DNA of 64,000 bases from Candidatus Fervidifonticultor sextus. Lineage in GTDB: Bacteria; Sysuimicrobiota; Sysuimicrobiia; Sysuimicrobiales; Humicultoraceae. Numbering within the stretch: position 1 is the first letter of the stretch; every line of letters starts with the position of its first letter. Below the pieces are notes generated by a model that saw only the letters and a list, made by a program, of their open reading frames with translations, ran no database searches and had not been told where the DNA came from. The stretch spans positions 224,001 through 288,000 of the forward strand of contig JAVKHQ010000001.1 in assembly GCA_031459875.1 (NCBI GenBank), written 5' to 3'. A program made the position numbers and the translations under genes. Shown one piece after another: positions 10,537-25,181 of the stretch.

Positions 10537-11216
10537 GGCGCAGCCCCGGCGCGGGCACCGACGGTCATGCGGCCCTCACGGTAGGCGATCTGCGTCACCG
10601 TCACCGCCACCGGCAGCGAGCGTAACGAGAGCACCGGCCGTCCCGCCACGCCCAGCACCGCGGTCAGCCCGGGCGGCAGATCTGTGCCGTTGAGGTTAAG
10701 GGATGTGATCTGAAAGTAGAGGTCGGTCCCGCCCGACACATAGAACTGCCCCCGCAGGTGGGCGGCGGCGACGAGGGGGCCTGCGCGGAGTTCACCGCTG
10801 GCCGCGACACCCCCGGTGTCGATGGTGACCGAGGGACGCTCCACGCCGCGGGCCCGCAGGTACGCTTCGAGATCGTGCTGGCCGACCTCAACCTCCAGCG
10901 TCCCGCCTTCCACCCCGGTCACGGTCCACCGGCGAGGCGGCTTGAGGCGGACGGTCACGCCGCGCAGCCTCCCCGACAGCCGCTCGGCCGTCACGTCGCC
11001 CAGCCTGACCCTGGTGGCGTCGATCTCCAGCCACGCGATCCGTCCCCGGAGGAGGCCCCACGCGGTGGCCCGCGCCCTGACGTGCAGCGTGCCGGCCGCC
11101 TCCACATGCGGGCGCAGGGCCGCGGCCACGGTCTGCTGGAGGAGCAGGGAGGGCAGCAGGACCCACGCCGCCAGCAGCGCGGCGAGGCCGGCAGCGATCC
11201 ACACCACCCGCCGCAT
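10533..11216 (-). CDS. DUF2993/LmeA-like protein
   Basis: N-terminal TM then beta-rich domain (GLLRGRIAWLEIDA); 4-bp overlap with next gene. Confidence 0.6.
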   Translation of the reverse strand: MRRVVWIAAGLAALLAAWVLLPSLLLQQTVAAALRPHVEAAGTLHVRARATAWGLLRGRIAWLEIDATRVRLGDVTAERLSGRLRGVTVRLKPPRRWTVTGVEGGTLEVEVGQHDLEAYLRARGVERPSVTIDTGGVAASGELRAGPLVAAAHLRGQFYVSGGTDLYFQITSLNLNGTDLPPGLTAVLGVAGRPVLSLRSLPVAVTVTQIAYREGRMTVGARAGAAP

Positions 11217-11217
11217 G

Positions 11218-12313
11218 CTATCGCGCTCGCAGCGCGGCGTCGATGAAGCGGTCGAGGTCGCCGTCGAGCACGCCTGAGGCGTCGCCCGTCTCCACGCCGG
11301 TGCGATGGTCCTTCACCAGCTGGTAGGGGTGCAGGACGTAGGAGCGGATCTGGTTGCCCCAGGCCGCCTCGCGGTGCTCGCCCCGCAGTTCGGCGATCTG
11401 CTGGCGCTGGCGGGCCTCGGCCACCTCGGCCAGGCGCGCCTTCAAGACGCGCAGCGCCGTGAGCCTGTTCGCATGCTGCGACCGCTCGTTCTGGCACTGC
11501 ACGACGATGCCGGTGGGCAGGTGGGTGATGCGGACGGCGGTCTCGACCTTGTTCACGTTCTGGCCTCCGGCGCCACCGGCCCGGTAGGTCTCGACCTTGA
11601 GCTCGTCGTCGCGGACCTCGACCTCGGCCTCCTCGACCTCCGGGATGACGTCCACCAGGGCGAAGGAGGTGTGCCGGCGGTGCGCCGCGTCGAACGGGGA
11701 GAGGCGCACCAGCCGGTGGACGCCCCGCTCGGTGCGCAGATACCCGTAGGCATACGGTCCGGCGACGATGACCGTCACGCTCTTGATCCCCGCCTCTTCG
11801 CCCGGTGAGACATCCACGATCTCCGCCTTGAATCCCCGGCGCTCGGCCCAGCGCAGGTACATGCGCAGCAGCATCGCCGTCCAGTCCTGGGACTCGGTGC
11901 CGCCGGCGCCCGCATGGATCGAAAGGATGGCGTTGGAGGCATCGTGGGGCCCCGAGAGCAGCGCCTCGGTCTCCAGGCGCGTCAGCCCTTCGGTCAACGC
12001 CCGCGCCTCAGCGGCGAGCTCACCGGTATCCAGGCCGCCGGGGGACTCGGCGGCCAGCTCGAGCAGGACGCCGAGGTCCTCCACCCGCCGCTCCAGCGCC
12101 GCCACGGTCTCGACGGTTGAGCGCAGCGCGCTCAGCTCCTGGCCGATGGCGCGCGCGCGCTCCTGATCGGCCCACAGCGAGGGCTCCTGCATGATCTTCT
12201 CGAGTTCGGCGATACGGGCGTGCTTGGCGGCTAGGTCAAAGATGCCCCCGCAGGTCCTGGAGGCGCCGCCGGCTCTCGCTGAATTGGGCCAGGAGGTCGT
12301 CGAGTTGCATCAT
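11218..12313 (-). CDS. prfB: peptide chain release factor 2 (programmed +1 frameshift)
   Basis: SPF and GGQ motifs; short 5' ORF MMQLDD...RGHL ends at CTT TGA C and continues in the +1 frame. Confidence 0.96.
12235..12250 (-). promoter_or_regulatory. RF2 +1 frameshift site
   Basis: CGGGGG-CAT-CTT-TGA-C: internal SD-like run, 3-nt spacer, slippery CTT TGA. Confidence 0.92.
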
Positions 12314-12396
12314 GGCGCCTGCCATTATAGCAAACGCACCCGGTGCGCTCCAGGGCGCCTCGCCGGGGGCCGCGGCGGAAGCCGGGCCAGTCCTGC

Positions 12397-17030
<4,634 letters not shown>

Positions 17031-17143
17031 CCGACACCTCAGGCCAGAGAGCCGACGCTCTGGGCTAACGACCCCATTATATGCCGGTCAGGGGAGACCC
17101 GCAGCAACGCCTCTGCCTCCCGCGGAGGCTCTGGCTCGCTCAC

Positions 17144-17545
17144 CTATGCGGGCAACACGCGCACGGGCACGTCCCGCGTGACGATGTCGAAATGCCGCCG
17201 GTCCAGCGTCAGGACGTTCCCCCCCGACCGCTCTGCACAGGCGATGACCGCGGCGTCGGCGATCCCCAGGGGGAGGTTGCGATACCGTGAGACGAGTTCA
17301 CCCATCCGGGCCAGGTCCTGCTCCCCGCAGTCCAGGGAGAAACTCCCCGATTGCAGGTCATCGAGGAAGGCCAGCAGGACGTCGGTGCCCAGGCGGCGCT
17401 CGACAAGGTAGCCGACCTCGCAGAGCACGGTGGCAGGCACGACGTACGGGCCCGGATCGGCCATCAGGCCCTCGCGGACCCGAGCGTGATCCGGATCGAG
17501 GCGGTCGATGAGGGCGTAGATCGCGGAGGTATCGAGGGTGATCAC
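17144..17545 (-). CDS. vapC: PIN-domain (VapC-type) toxin
   Basis: LDTSA, LCEV, IADA, TLDRRHF acidic residues; GTG overlaps the antitoxin TGA. Confidence 0.88.
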   Translation of the reverse strand: MITLDTSAIYALIDRLDPDHARVREGLMADPGPYVVPATVLCEVGYLVERRLGTDVLLAFLDDLQSGSFSLDCGEQDLARMGELVSRYRNLPLGIADAAVIACAERSGGNVLTLDRRHFDIVTRDVPVRVLPA

Positions 17546-17766
17546 GGCTTCGACCACTCGCGTTCCAACCAGGCCTCGTCCTCTGCTGCCGGCAGCGTGC
17601 CATCCCGCCCCGCCCCGAGGGACCGGAACGTGGGGCGCTCGAGGTTCTTCAGGTAGTGCTCGACGGCTTCGCGCACCATCTCCGCCTGCGACCTTCCGTG
17701 GCGCCGGGCCGCATCCTTGAGGGCTCGATGCAGGTCGGGGGGGAGGTAAAGTGTCGTCTTCTGCAT
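17542..17766 (-). CDS. ribbon-helix-helix (CopG-like) antitoxin
   Basis: MQKTTLYLPPDLHRALKDAARRHGRSQAEMVREAV; directly upstream of the PIN gene. Confidence 0.85.
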   Translation of the reverse strand: MQKTTLYLPPDLHRALKDAARRHGRSQAEMVREAVEHYLKNLERPTFRSLGAGRDGTLPAAEDEAWLEREWSKP

Positions 17767-17772
17767 ACTCTG

Positions 17773-17801
17773 ATTGTGCCATATATGGTATATGGCGTCA
17801 A
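17773..17801 (-). promoter_or_regulatory. vapBC promoter with palindromic operator
   Basis: TTGACG-17bp-CACAAT; perfect inverted repeat GCCATATA-tgg-TATATGGC (17778-17796) fills the spacer. Confidence 0.75.
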
Positions 17802-17850
17802 CCGCGGCTATCGGGAAGCTCGCAGGCGCCGGGACGGGGGCGAGGGCGGG

Positions 17851-18504
17851 CTACCGGGTCGCCGTCAGCCAGGAGATCGGCCGATTCACGGCCGCCAGCA
17901 CCGCCCGGACCACCGCTTCCCGGGGGTCGTCACGGATCACCGAGGCCCCGGCCAGCGTCTCGTGTTCTTCGCCGGCCAGCGTGACGGTCACCACCGCCAC
18001 CTCGTGCTCGCCGACCGGGTGCGTGGCCACCGCCTCGAAGACCAGCAGGCCCTGGGCGCGCAGGAAGACTTCGACGGCGCGCAGCGTGGCCTGGGCCACC
18101 AGGGCCAGGCGGTGGCGGGGAACGCCGGGGCCGGAGGCGACGCCCTCGTAGAGCATCCCGCGGTCTTCCAGGTGGACCTTGACCTCGGCGGTCTGGCGGA
18201 TGAGGCTGACCGACAGCCCGACGAACTTGAGGCGGGCCTGGGGGACCGCGGTGGTCTGCTCCTCGGGCCGCAGCGCCGCAACCCGCACCTGCCGGGGGTC
18301 GACCGTCAGGCCCAGCTCGGCGGCCAGCGCCGAGACCACGTCCACGGCGATCAACTTCGGGCTCCGGTCGGCCTGCCCAAGGACGTGGATGACGTCGATA
18401 TCGCCGTGATCGGTGGGCACCACGCGCGCCGCCACGACGCCCCGCAGGCGGCGGACGATCTCCTCGGCGGCCTCCGCGACCGACCGGGTCCCATCACGGG
18501 CCAC
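17851..18504 (-). CDS. conserved hypothetical protein
   Basis: globular-looking alpha/beta ORF in operon context after hpf; RBS-like AGGGGGTG. Confidence 0.7.
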   Translation of the reverse strand: MARDGTRSVAEAAEEIVRRLRGVVAARVVPTDHGDIDVIHVLGQADRSPKLIAVDVVSALAAELGLTVDPRQVRVAALRPEEQTTAVPQARLKFVGLSVSLIRQTAEVKVHLEDRGMLYEGVASGPGVPRHRLALVAQATLRAVEVFLRAQGLLVFEAVATHPVGEHEVAVVTVTLAGEEHETLAGASVIRDDPREAVVRAVLAAVNRPISWLTATR

Positions 18505-18535
18505 GCTGCACCCCCTGGTGTGCGGCTACTGGCCG

Positions 18536-19129
18536 CTAGTCGGCTTCGATCAGCCCAAAGTTGCCATCACGCCGTCGGTAGAGCACGTTGATCTTCTCCG
18601 TCCCCGCGTGGCGGAAGACGAAGAAGGCATGGCCCAGCAACTCCATCTGGAGGATGGCGTCCTCGACCGTCATGGGCTTCATGGGGAACCGCTTGGTCCG
18701 CACCACCGCGGGCTGCACCCCTTCGACGGCGGTCGCCCGCAGCGCCGCCTCGGCCGACTGCTGGGTGCGCCGGCGCCGGCGGGACTCGTCCAGTCGGCGC
18801 TTCTCGATCATCCGGCTGCGGTACTTCTCGATCTGCCGCTCCAGTTTCTCCGCCGCGCCGTCGATGGACGCATACATGTCTTGGGAGGCTTCCTCGGCCC
18901 GCAGGACCAGTCCGTCGCACCAGACGGTGATCTCCACCGCGTGAGAGTGGCCCCGGTTCCGGTCCCGGGCCACGCTGAGGACGACCTGCGCATCCTGCAC
19001 CTGATCGAAGAACCTGGGCAGCCTGCCGAGTTTTGCCTGCAGGTAGCGCCGCAGGGCGTCGGTCACCGCGATGTTCTTGCCCTGGACGCGGATCGGAATC
19101 TCCTCAAGTCGCTTCTGCGCTGCCACCAA
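18536..19129 (-). CDS. hpf: ribosome hibernation promoting factor (long HPF)
   Basis: [61 protein letters not shown] start. Confidence 0.93.
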   Translation of the reverse strand: MVAAQKRLEEIPIRVQGKNIAVTDALRRYLQAKLGRLPRFFDQVQDAQVVLSVARDRNRGHSHAVEITVWCDGLVLRAEEASQDMYASIDGAAEKLERQIEKYRSRMIEKRRLDESRRRRRTQQSAEAALRATAVEGVQPAVVRTKRFPMKPMTVEDAILQMELLGHAFFVFRHAGTEKINVLYRRRDGNFGLIEAD

Positions 19130-19174
19130 TGGACCTCCTCAGTGCGCGATCCGCGACCGGCGGGACGGTGCTCC

Positions 19175-19202
19175 ATTCTGCGGTCGGCCGAAACCCTCCT
19201 CC
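19175..19202 (-). promoter_or_regulatory. SigH-type promoter of hpf
   Basis: GGAGGAGGG-N12-GCAGAAT. Confidence 0.55.
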
Positions 19203-19234
19203 AGCCCGCCGGCCAGACGGCCAATGCGGCCTGC

Positions 19235-21187
19235 CTACCGAAACAGCGGCGCAAACACCAGCGCGACCACCGTCATGAGCTTGATCAGGATGTTGAGGGC
19301 CGGCCCCGCGGTGTCCTTGAAGGGATCGCCGACGGTGTCGCCGATGACCGCCGCCCTGTGCGCCTCACTCCCCTTTCCGCCGTGGTGACCTTCCTCGATG
19401 TGTTTCTTCGCGTTGTCCCACGCCCCGCCGGCGTTGGCCAGGTAGAGCGCCAGCGGCACGCCCGTGACGATGGCGCCGGCCAGCAGGCCCCCCAGGGCCT
19501 CCTTGTGCAGGAAGATGCCCACCGCGATGGGGATCAGGACCGCCGACAGTCCGGGCACGATCATCTCGCGCAACGCGCCGCGGGTCGCGATGTCCACGCA
19601 CCGGGCGTACTGGGGCCGGGCCGAGCCTTCCATCAGCCCCTTGATCTCCCGGAACTGCCGGCGCACCTCGTCCACCATGCGCTGTGCGGTCCGCCCCACC
19701 GCGCGCATGGCCAGGGCGGCGAAGTAGAACGGGACGATGCCGCCGATGAACAGGCCGGCGATGACCTCGGCGTCCAGGATGTTGAGCGTCTCCAGGCCCA
19801 CCGCCTGCCGGTAGAAGAAGAACAGCGCCAGCGCGGTGAGCGCGGCGGATCCGATGGCGAACCCCTTGGCGATGGCCGCCGTGGTGTTGCCCGCGGCGTC
19901 CAGGGAGTCGGCCGTCCGTCGGACGTCGGCGCCCAGGTGGGCCATCTCCGCGATCCCGGCCGAGTTGTCGGCGATCGGACCGTAGGCATCCACGGAGACC
20001 GTCATACCGGTGATGGACAGCATCCCCACGGCCGCCAGGGCGATGCCGTAGAAGTCGGCGAACCGAAAGGCGAAGATCGTCGTCAGGCCGATGACCACCA
20101 GGGGCAGCACGGTGCTGAGCATGCCCTGGGCGGTGCCGGCGATGACGACGGTGGCGGGCCCGGTCGTGGCCGCATCGGCCAGCGTCTGGACCTGCCGGCC
20201 CGAGGTGTAGTACTCGGCCACGAGCCCGATGATGATCCCGGAGCCCAGCCCCAGGACGACGGCCCAGAACGCGGCCAGGTCGCCCAGGACCGCGCCCACC
20301 ACGAAGTAGGAACCGACGGCCATGGCCGCGCCGCTGGCGAGCGTGCCGTACCGCAGGGCCCGCTGCGCATCACTGCCGCGCACGAAGAGCGTGCCGACGA
20401 TGGACGCGAGGATGCCGACCCCGGCCAGCAGGAGCGCGGCCAGCGCGCCGGGGGCCTGGCGCTGCGCGGCGCCGATGGCGATGGCGGCGATGACCGACCC
20501 CACGTAGGACTCGAACAGGTCGGCGCCCATGCCCGCCACGTCGCCGACGTTGTCACCGACGGCGTCGGCGATCACCGCGGGGTTGCGGGGGTCGTCCTCC
20601 GGGATGCCGGCCTCGACCTTCCCGACCAGGTCGGCGCCCACGTCGGCGCCCTTGGTGTAGATCCCGCCGCCCACCCGCGCAAAGAGCGCGACCGAAGACG
20701 CGCCCAGGGAGAACCCGATCACCTGGTTGGCATCCCGGTAGATCAGGTAGAGGGCGCCCACGCCCAACAGCCCCAGGCCCACCACGGTCATGCCCATGAC
20801 CGCGCCGCCGGGGAACGCCACGCCCAGGGCGTGGACGAGCCCGGCCCGGGCGGCCTGCGCGGTCCGGGTGTTGGCCAGGGTCGCCACACGCATCCCGGCG
20901 AACCCGGCCCCCACCGAGCAGGCGGCCCCGATGACGAACGCGACAGCCGTCTTCAGTTCGATGCCCGGGGTCACCTTCGTGGCCAGCACGACGAACATGA
21001 CGGCCACGAAGAGCCCGATGGCCCGGTACTCGCGGGCCAGGAAGGCCATGGCGCCCTCCCGGATCGCCTCCGAGATGGACTGCATCTGCGGCGTACCGGG
21101 GTCGCGGCGGCGCACGCGCTGCGCCAGGCTCGCAGCATACACCAGGGCGGCCAGGCCTGCTGCGGGTCCAAGCCACAGGGGTTCCAT
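19235..21187 (-). CDS. hppA: membrane-bound Na+/H+-translocating pyrophosphatase
   Basis: [61 protein letters not shown]. Confidence 0.95.
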   Translation of the reverse strand: MEPLWLGPAAGLAALVYAASLAQRVRRRDPGTPQMQSISEAIREGAMAFLAREYRAIGLFVAVMFVVLATKVTPGIELKTAVAFVIGAACSVGAGFAGMRVATLANTRTAQAARAGLVHALGVAFPGGAVMGMTVVGLGLLGVGALYLIYRDANQVIGFSLGASSVALFARVGGGIYTKGADVGADLVGKVEAGIPEDDPRNPAVIADAVGDNVGDVAGMGADLFESYVGSVIAAIAIGAAQRQAPGALAALLLAGVGILASIVGTLFVRGSDAQRALRYGTLASGAAMAVGSYFVVGAVLGDLAAFWAVVLGLGSGIIIGLVAEYYTSGRQVQTLADAATTGPATVVIAGTAQGMLSTVLPLVVIGLTTIFAFRFADFYGIALAAVGMLSITGMTVSVDAYGPIADNSAGIAEMAHLGADVRRTADSLDAAGNTTAAIAKGFAIGSAALTALALFFFYRQAVGLETLNILDAEVIAGLFIGGIVPFYFAALAMRAVGRTAQRMVDEVRRQFREIKGLMEGSARPQYARCVDIATRGALREMIVPGLSAVLIPIAVGIFLHKEALGGLLAGAIVTGVPLALYLANAGGAWDNAKKHIEEGHHGGKGSEAHRAAVIGDTVGDPFKDTAGPALNILIKLMTVVALVFAPLFR

Positions 21188-21211
21188 CGTCTTCCCATCA
21201 CCTCCGCGGAC

Positions 21212-22276
21212 TCACCGACTCTCGATCCCCTGTACGACGAACACCTCGGTAAACGTCCGGATGGCGAACCGGTCGGTCATCCCGGCCAGGAAATCGCACA
21301 CGGCCCGCTCGGGTGGATCGCCGGATGCGGCCTGGCGGATTTCGCCCGGGACGGCGTCCGGGTGGGCCACGAAGTACTCGAACAGCAGCGCAAGCATGCG
21401 CCGGCCCCGGGCCGCCTCCGCCGTGGCCGACGGGCTGAGATACACCTGCTCCGTGAGGAAGTCCTTCAGACGGTTGAGGGCCCCCCGGATCGGCTCCGAG
21501 ACATCGATGGCCCCGCCGTCCCCGGCCACGGCGACGATGTCGCGCACGATGACATCCAGCCACCGGCCGCGGCGTTCCCCCAGCACCGCCGTGACCTCGG
21601 ACGGCACCTTCCCCTCGTCCACCAGGCCCGCCCGGACGGCGTCGTCCATGTCGTGGTGCAGGTAGGCCACGCGGTCGGCGAGCCGGACCACCTGTCCTTC
21701 GAGCGTGGCGGGGACCGACGGCTCGGCGTCCGATGTCACCAGATCCCGAAGACCCTTGGAGTGCCCGCCGACGCCGTCCCGGACCTCCCAGGTGAGGTTC
21801 AGTCCCGGCGCCACCGTCCCGTCCGAACGCCTGCGCTGCTCCAGCCGCTCCACGATGCGGAGGCTCTGCCAGTCGTGGCGGAAGCCTCCCCAGGCGGCCA
21901 TGGCCTCGTCGAGGGCGGCCTCCCCGGCATGCCCGAAGGGCGGGTGCCCCAGGTCGTGGGCCAGCGCGATGGCTTCGGTGAGGTCCTCGTTCAGCCGCAG
22001 GGCCCGGGCGATGGTCCGCGCGATCTGCGCGACCTCCAGCGTGTGGGTCAACCGCGTGCGGTAGTGATCGCCCTCGGGCGCCAGGAACACCTGGGTCTTG
22101 TGCATCAGGCGCCTGAACGCCTTGGCGTGGATGATCCGGTCGCGATCGCGCTGGAAGGCGGTGCGCAGGTCGTCGTCGGGCTCGGGCTCGGCGCGCCCCC
22201 GCGAGGCGGACGCGCGGGAGGCGCGCGGGTGCAGCGCGGCCGCCTCCCACTGCTCGGTGACCTCCCGGGGTCGCAC
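21212..22276 (-). CDS. dgt: dGTP triphosphohydrolase (HD family)
   Basis: FQRDRDRIIH, KTQVF, RTRLTHTLEV, HDLGHPPFGHAGE. Confidence 0.93.
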   Translation of the reverse strand: MRPREVTEQWEAAALHPRASRASASRGRAEPEPDDDLRTAFQRDRDRIIHAKAFRRLMHKTQVFLAPEGDHYRTRLTHTLEVAQIARTIARALRLNEDLTEAIALAHDLGHPPFGHAGEAALDEAMAAWGGFRHDWQSLRIVERLEQRRRSDGTVAPGLNLTWEVRDGVGGHSKGLRDLVTSDAEPSVPATLEGQVVRLADRVAYLHHDMDDAVRAGLVDEGKVPSEVTAVLGERRGRWLDVIVRDIVAVAGDGGAIDVSEPIRGALNRLKDFLTEQVYLSPSATAEAARGRRMLALLFEYFVAHPDAVPGEIRQAASGDPPERAVCDFLAGMTDRFAIRTFTEVFVVQGIESR

Positions 22277-22280
22277 GCCG

Positions 22281-25175
22281 CTAGACGTCCTTCGCGGCCT
22301 GGACCCGCTCGCGCAGCGCCGCCTGAGCCGCGGCCAGCCTCGCCACCGGAACCCGGTAGGGCGAGCAACTCACGTAGTTCAGCCCCACCTGGTGGCAGAA
22401 CTCCACCGAACTCGGGTCCCCGCCGTGTTCCCCGCAGATGCCGACCTCCAGGTCGGGCCGCTGCATGCGGCCGCGGGTCACGGCAATCTGCATCGCCTCG
22501 CCCACGCCGGTGCGGTCGAGGGTCTGGAACGGATTCTCCGGCAGGATCCCCCGCTGGACGTACTGGAGCAGGAACTTGCCTTCGGCGTCGTCACGGGAGA
22601 TCCCGAAGATGGTCTGGGTCAGGTCGTTGGTGCCGAAGGAGAAGAACTCGGCGTACCGGGCGATCTCGCCGGCGGTGAAGCAGGCCCGCGGAATCTCGAT
22701 CATGGTGCCGAACTTGTACGCAAGCGCCACGCCCTCGCGCGCCAGCACGGCCCGGGCGACGTCTTCCAGTTCGCGCTTGGTCTCCCGCAGTTCATTGACG
22801 TGCCCGACCAGGGGGATCATGATCTCCGGCATGGCCGCAATCCCCTGCTTGGTGACCCGGCACGCCGCCTCCAGGATGGCCCGGACCTGCATCTTGATGA
22901 TCCCCGGATAGAGCAGGCCCAGGCGGATGCCGCGCAGGCCCAGCATCGGGTTGGCCTCGCGCAGGGCCGCCACGGTCCGCAGTTCGGCCTCCTTGCGCCG
23001 CAGCCGTGCCCGCAGCGTCTTCAGTGAGGGCTGGCCCTTCCGCGGCCGGTAGCGAGGCAGCGCGTCCAGCGCGGCGATGCGGCCCCGCAGGTCGCTCGTC
23101 TCCTCCAGCAGCGAGTCGTAGGAGGGCAGGAACTCGTGCAGCGGCGGGTCGATCAGCCGGATGATGACCGGCAGCCCGTCCATTACCTTGAAGATGCCCT
23201 CGAAGTCGCGGCGCTGCAGCCGGCCCAGATGCGCCAGCGCCGACTCGTAGCGCCGCACCGCCGCCGACCTCCGGACGGCCCTGGCCGCCTCCCTGGCCCT
23301 GGCGCGCAGCGCCCTGTCCTCGGGCGCGGCGCTGGCGGCGCGCTCGGCGTCGCGCTGCCGGTCGTAGAGGGCCTGCGCTTCGGCGGCACTGAGGATCATC
23401 TGGCGGACGATCGGCAACCGCTCCTCCTCGAAGAACATGTGCTCGGTCCGGCACAGGCCGATGCCTTCCGCGCCAAACGCCCGGGCCCGCTGGGCGTCCC
23501 TGGGGTAGTCCGCATTCGCCCACACCCCGAGGCGGCGGGCGCCGTCCGCCCAGGTGAGCAACTCGACCAGTTCCCGCTGCTCTTCCAGGCGCGGCTCGAC
23601 GGCCGGGAGCCTGCCGGCGAACACCTCGCCGGTGGCGCCGTCGATCGAGATGAAGTCGCCTTCCTTGATGACGCGGCCGTTGGCGACGAACCGCCTGGCG
23701 GCGGGTTCCACCCGGATGGCCTCGCACCCGGCCACGCAGGGCACGCCCAGGCCCCGGGCCACCACCGCGGCGTGGCTGGTGGCGCCGCCGCGGCTGGTCA
23801 GGATGCCCTTGGCGTGCAGCATCCCGTGGACGTCGTCGGGATTGGTCTCGGGGCGGACCAGGATCACCGGTTTGCCGGCCTTGCCCCAGGCCTCCGCCAG
23901 GTCCGCGGTGAACACCGCCATCCCCACCGCAGCGCCGGGCGAGGCGTTCAGCCCCCGCGAGAGGAGCCGCCCCTCCTTCACGGCGGCATCCTTGGCGGCG
24001 GGATCGAAGCGCGGGTGCAGGAGCATGTCGATGTGGCCCGGCTCCACCCGCAGCACCGCCTCCTCCTTCGTGATCAGGCCCTCGTGGGCCATGTCCACGG
24101 CGATCTTCACCGCGGCCTGCGCCGTCCGCTTGGCAGTCCGGGTCTGCAGCATCCACAGGCGGCCGCGCTCGATGGTGAACTCCAGGTCCTGGACGTCCCG
24201 GTAGTGCCGTTCCAGCAACTCGCAGACCTTCACGAACTCCTGGTAGGACTCCGGCATCTCCCGGGCCAGGTCGGCGATCGGCTTCGGCGTGCGGATCCCG
24301 GCCACCACATCCTCGCCCTGGGCGTTGGTCAGGTACTCGCCGTAGACCTTCCGCTCGCCGGTGGCCGGGTCCCGCGTGAAGGCCACGCCGGTCGCCGAGT
24401 CCGGTCCCATGTTCCCGAAGACCATCGTCTGCACGTTGACCGCGGTGCCCAAATCGTGGGGGATGCCGTGGAACGCCCGGTAGTCCACCGCCCGCTTGCC
24501 CATCCAGGAGTCGAAGACCGCCTCGATGGCCATCCGGAGCTGCTCCCACGGGTCCTCGGGGAAGGCGATCCCGCGCTCCGCCTTGATGATCCTCTTGAAG
24601 GTCTGGGCCAGGGCCCGCAGGTCTGCCGCGTCGAGCTCCGTGTCCTGCGTGACCCCCTTGCGGTGCTTGAGGCGCTCGATCTCCCGTTCGAAGCGCTCAC
24701 CCGGAATGTCCAGGACGATCTTCCCGAACATCTGGACGAACCGGCGATAGGCGTCCTGGCCGAACCGTTCGTTGTTCGTCAGGCGGATGAGCCCTTCCAG
24801 CGTCTGCGCGTTCAGCCCCAGGTTGAGGACGGTGTCCATCATGCCCGGCATGCTGAACTTGGCCCCCGAGCGGACGGAGACCAGCAGGGGATTGGCTGGA
24901 TCGCCGAACCCCTTCCCCGTCTTCTCCTCGAGGGTCCGCATGCGGGCGCGCACTTCGTCCATGAGCCCCTCGGGGAACTGGCGCCCGGACCTCATGAACT
25001 CGGTGCAGGCCTTGGTCGTGATGGTGAACCCGGGCGGCACCGGCAGCCCGACCCGGCTCATCTCGGCCAGTCCGGCGCCCTTGCCGCCCAGCAGGTCCCG
25101 CATCTGGGCGTTGCCTTCCTCGAAGAGCAGCGTCCAGCGGAACTCCGTACGCCGCCCTTCGGTCGTGATGACCAT
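22281..25175 (-). CDS. ppdK: pyruvate, phosphate dikinase
   Basis: LLGGKGA, VSVRSGAKFSMPGMMDT, GGATSHAAVVARG, GLCRTEHMF, GTNDLTQ, GICGEHGGDP. Confidence 0.97.
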   Translation of the reverse strand: MVITTEGRRTEFRWTLLFEEGNAQMRDLLGGKGAGLAEMSRVGLPVPPGFTITTKACTEFMRSGRQFPEGLMDEVRARMRTLEEKTGKGFGDPANPLLVSVRSGAKFSMPGMMDTVLNLGLNAQTLEGLIRLTNNERFGQDAYRRFVQMFGKIVLDIPGERFEREIERLKHRKGVTQDTELDAADLRALAQTFKRIIKAERGIAFPEDPWEQLRMAIEAVFDSWMGKRAVDYRAFHGIPHDLGTAVNVQTMVFGNMGPDSATGVAFTRDPATGERKVYGEYLTNAQGEDVVAGIRTPKPIADLAREMPESYQEFVKVCELLERHYRDVQDLEFTIERGRLWMLQTRTAKRTAQAAVKIAVDMAHEGLITKEEAVLRVEPGHIDMLLHPRFDPAAKDAAVKEGRLLSRGLNASPGAAVGMAVFTADLAEAWGKAGKPVILVRPETNPDDVHGMLHAKGILTSRGGATSHAAVVARGLGVPCVAGCEAIRVEPAARRFVANGRVIKEGDFISIDGATGEVFAGRLPAVEPRLEEQRELVELLTWADGARRLGVWANADYPRDAQRARAFGAEGIGLCRTEHMFFEEERLPIVRQMILSAAEAQALYDRQRDAERAASAAPEDRALRARAREAARAVRRSAAVRRYESALAHLGRLQRRDFEGIFKVMDGLPVIIRLIDPPLHEFLPSYDSLLEETSDLRGRIAALDALPRYRPRKGQPSLKTLRARLRRKEAELRTVAALREANPMLGLRGIRLGLLYPGIIKMQVRAILEAACRVTKQGIAAMPEIMIPLVGHVNELRETKRELEDVARAVLAREGVALAYKFGTMIEIPRACFTAGEIARYAEFFSFGTNDLTQTIFGISRDDAEGKFLLQYVQRGILPENPFQTLDRTGVGEAMQIAVTRGRMQRPDLEVGICGEHGGDPSSVEFCHQVGLNYVSCSPYRVPVARLAAAQAALRERVQAAKDV

Positions 25176-25181
25176 CCACCC

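Noticed and set aside
12193..12313. prfB as a truncated gene or pseudogene
   Set aside because: The interruption is the canonical CTT-TGA-C programmed frameshift.
18413..22678. 1421-aa plus-strand ORF and many other long antisense ORFs (e.g. 60644-63394, 48929-51268, 23136-25250)
   Set aside because: Shadow ORFs opposite well-supported genes; expected in high-GC DNA, with no recognisable motifs.
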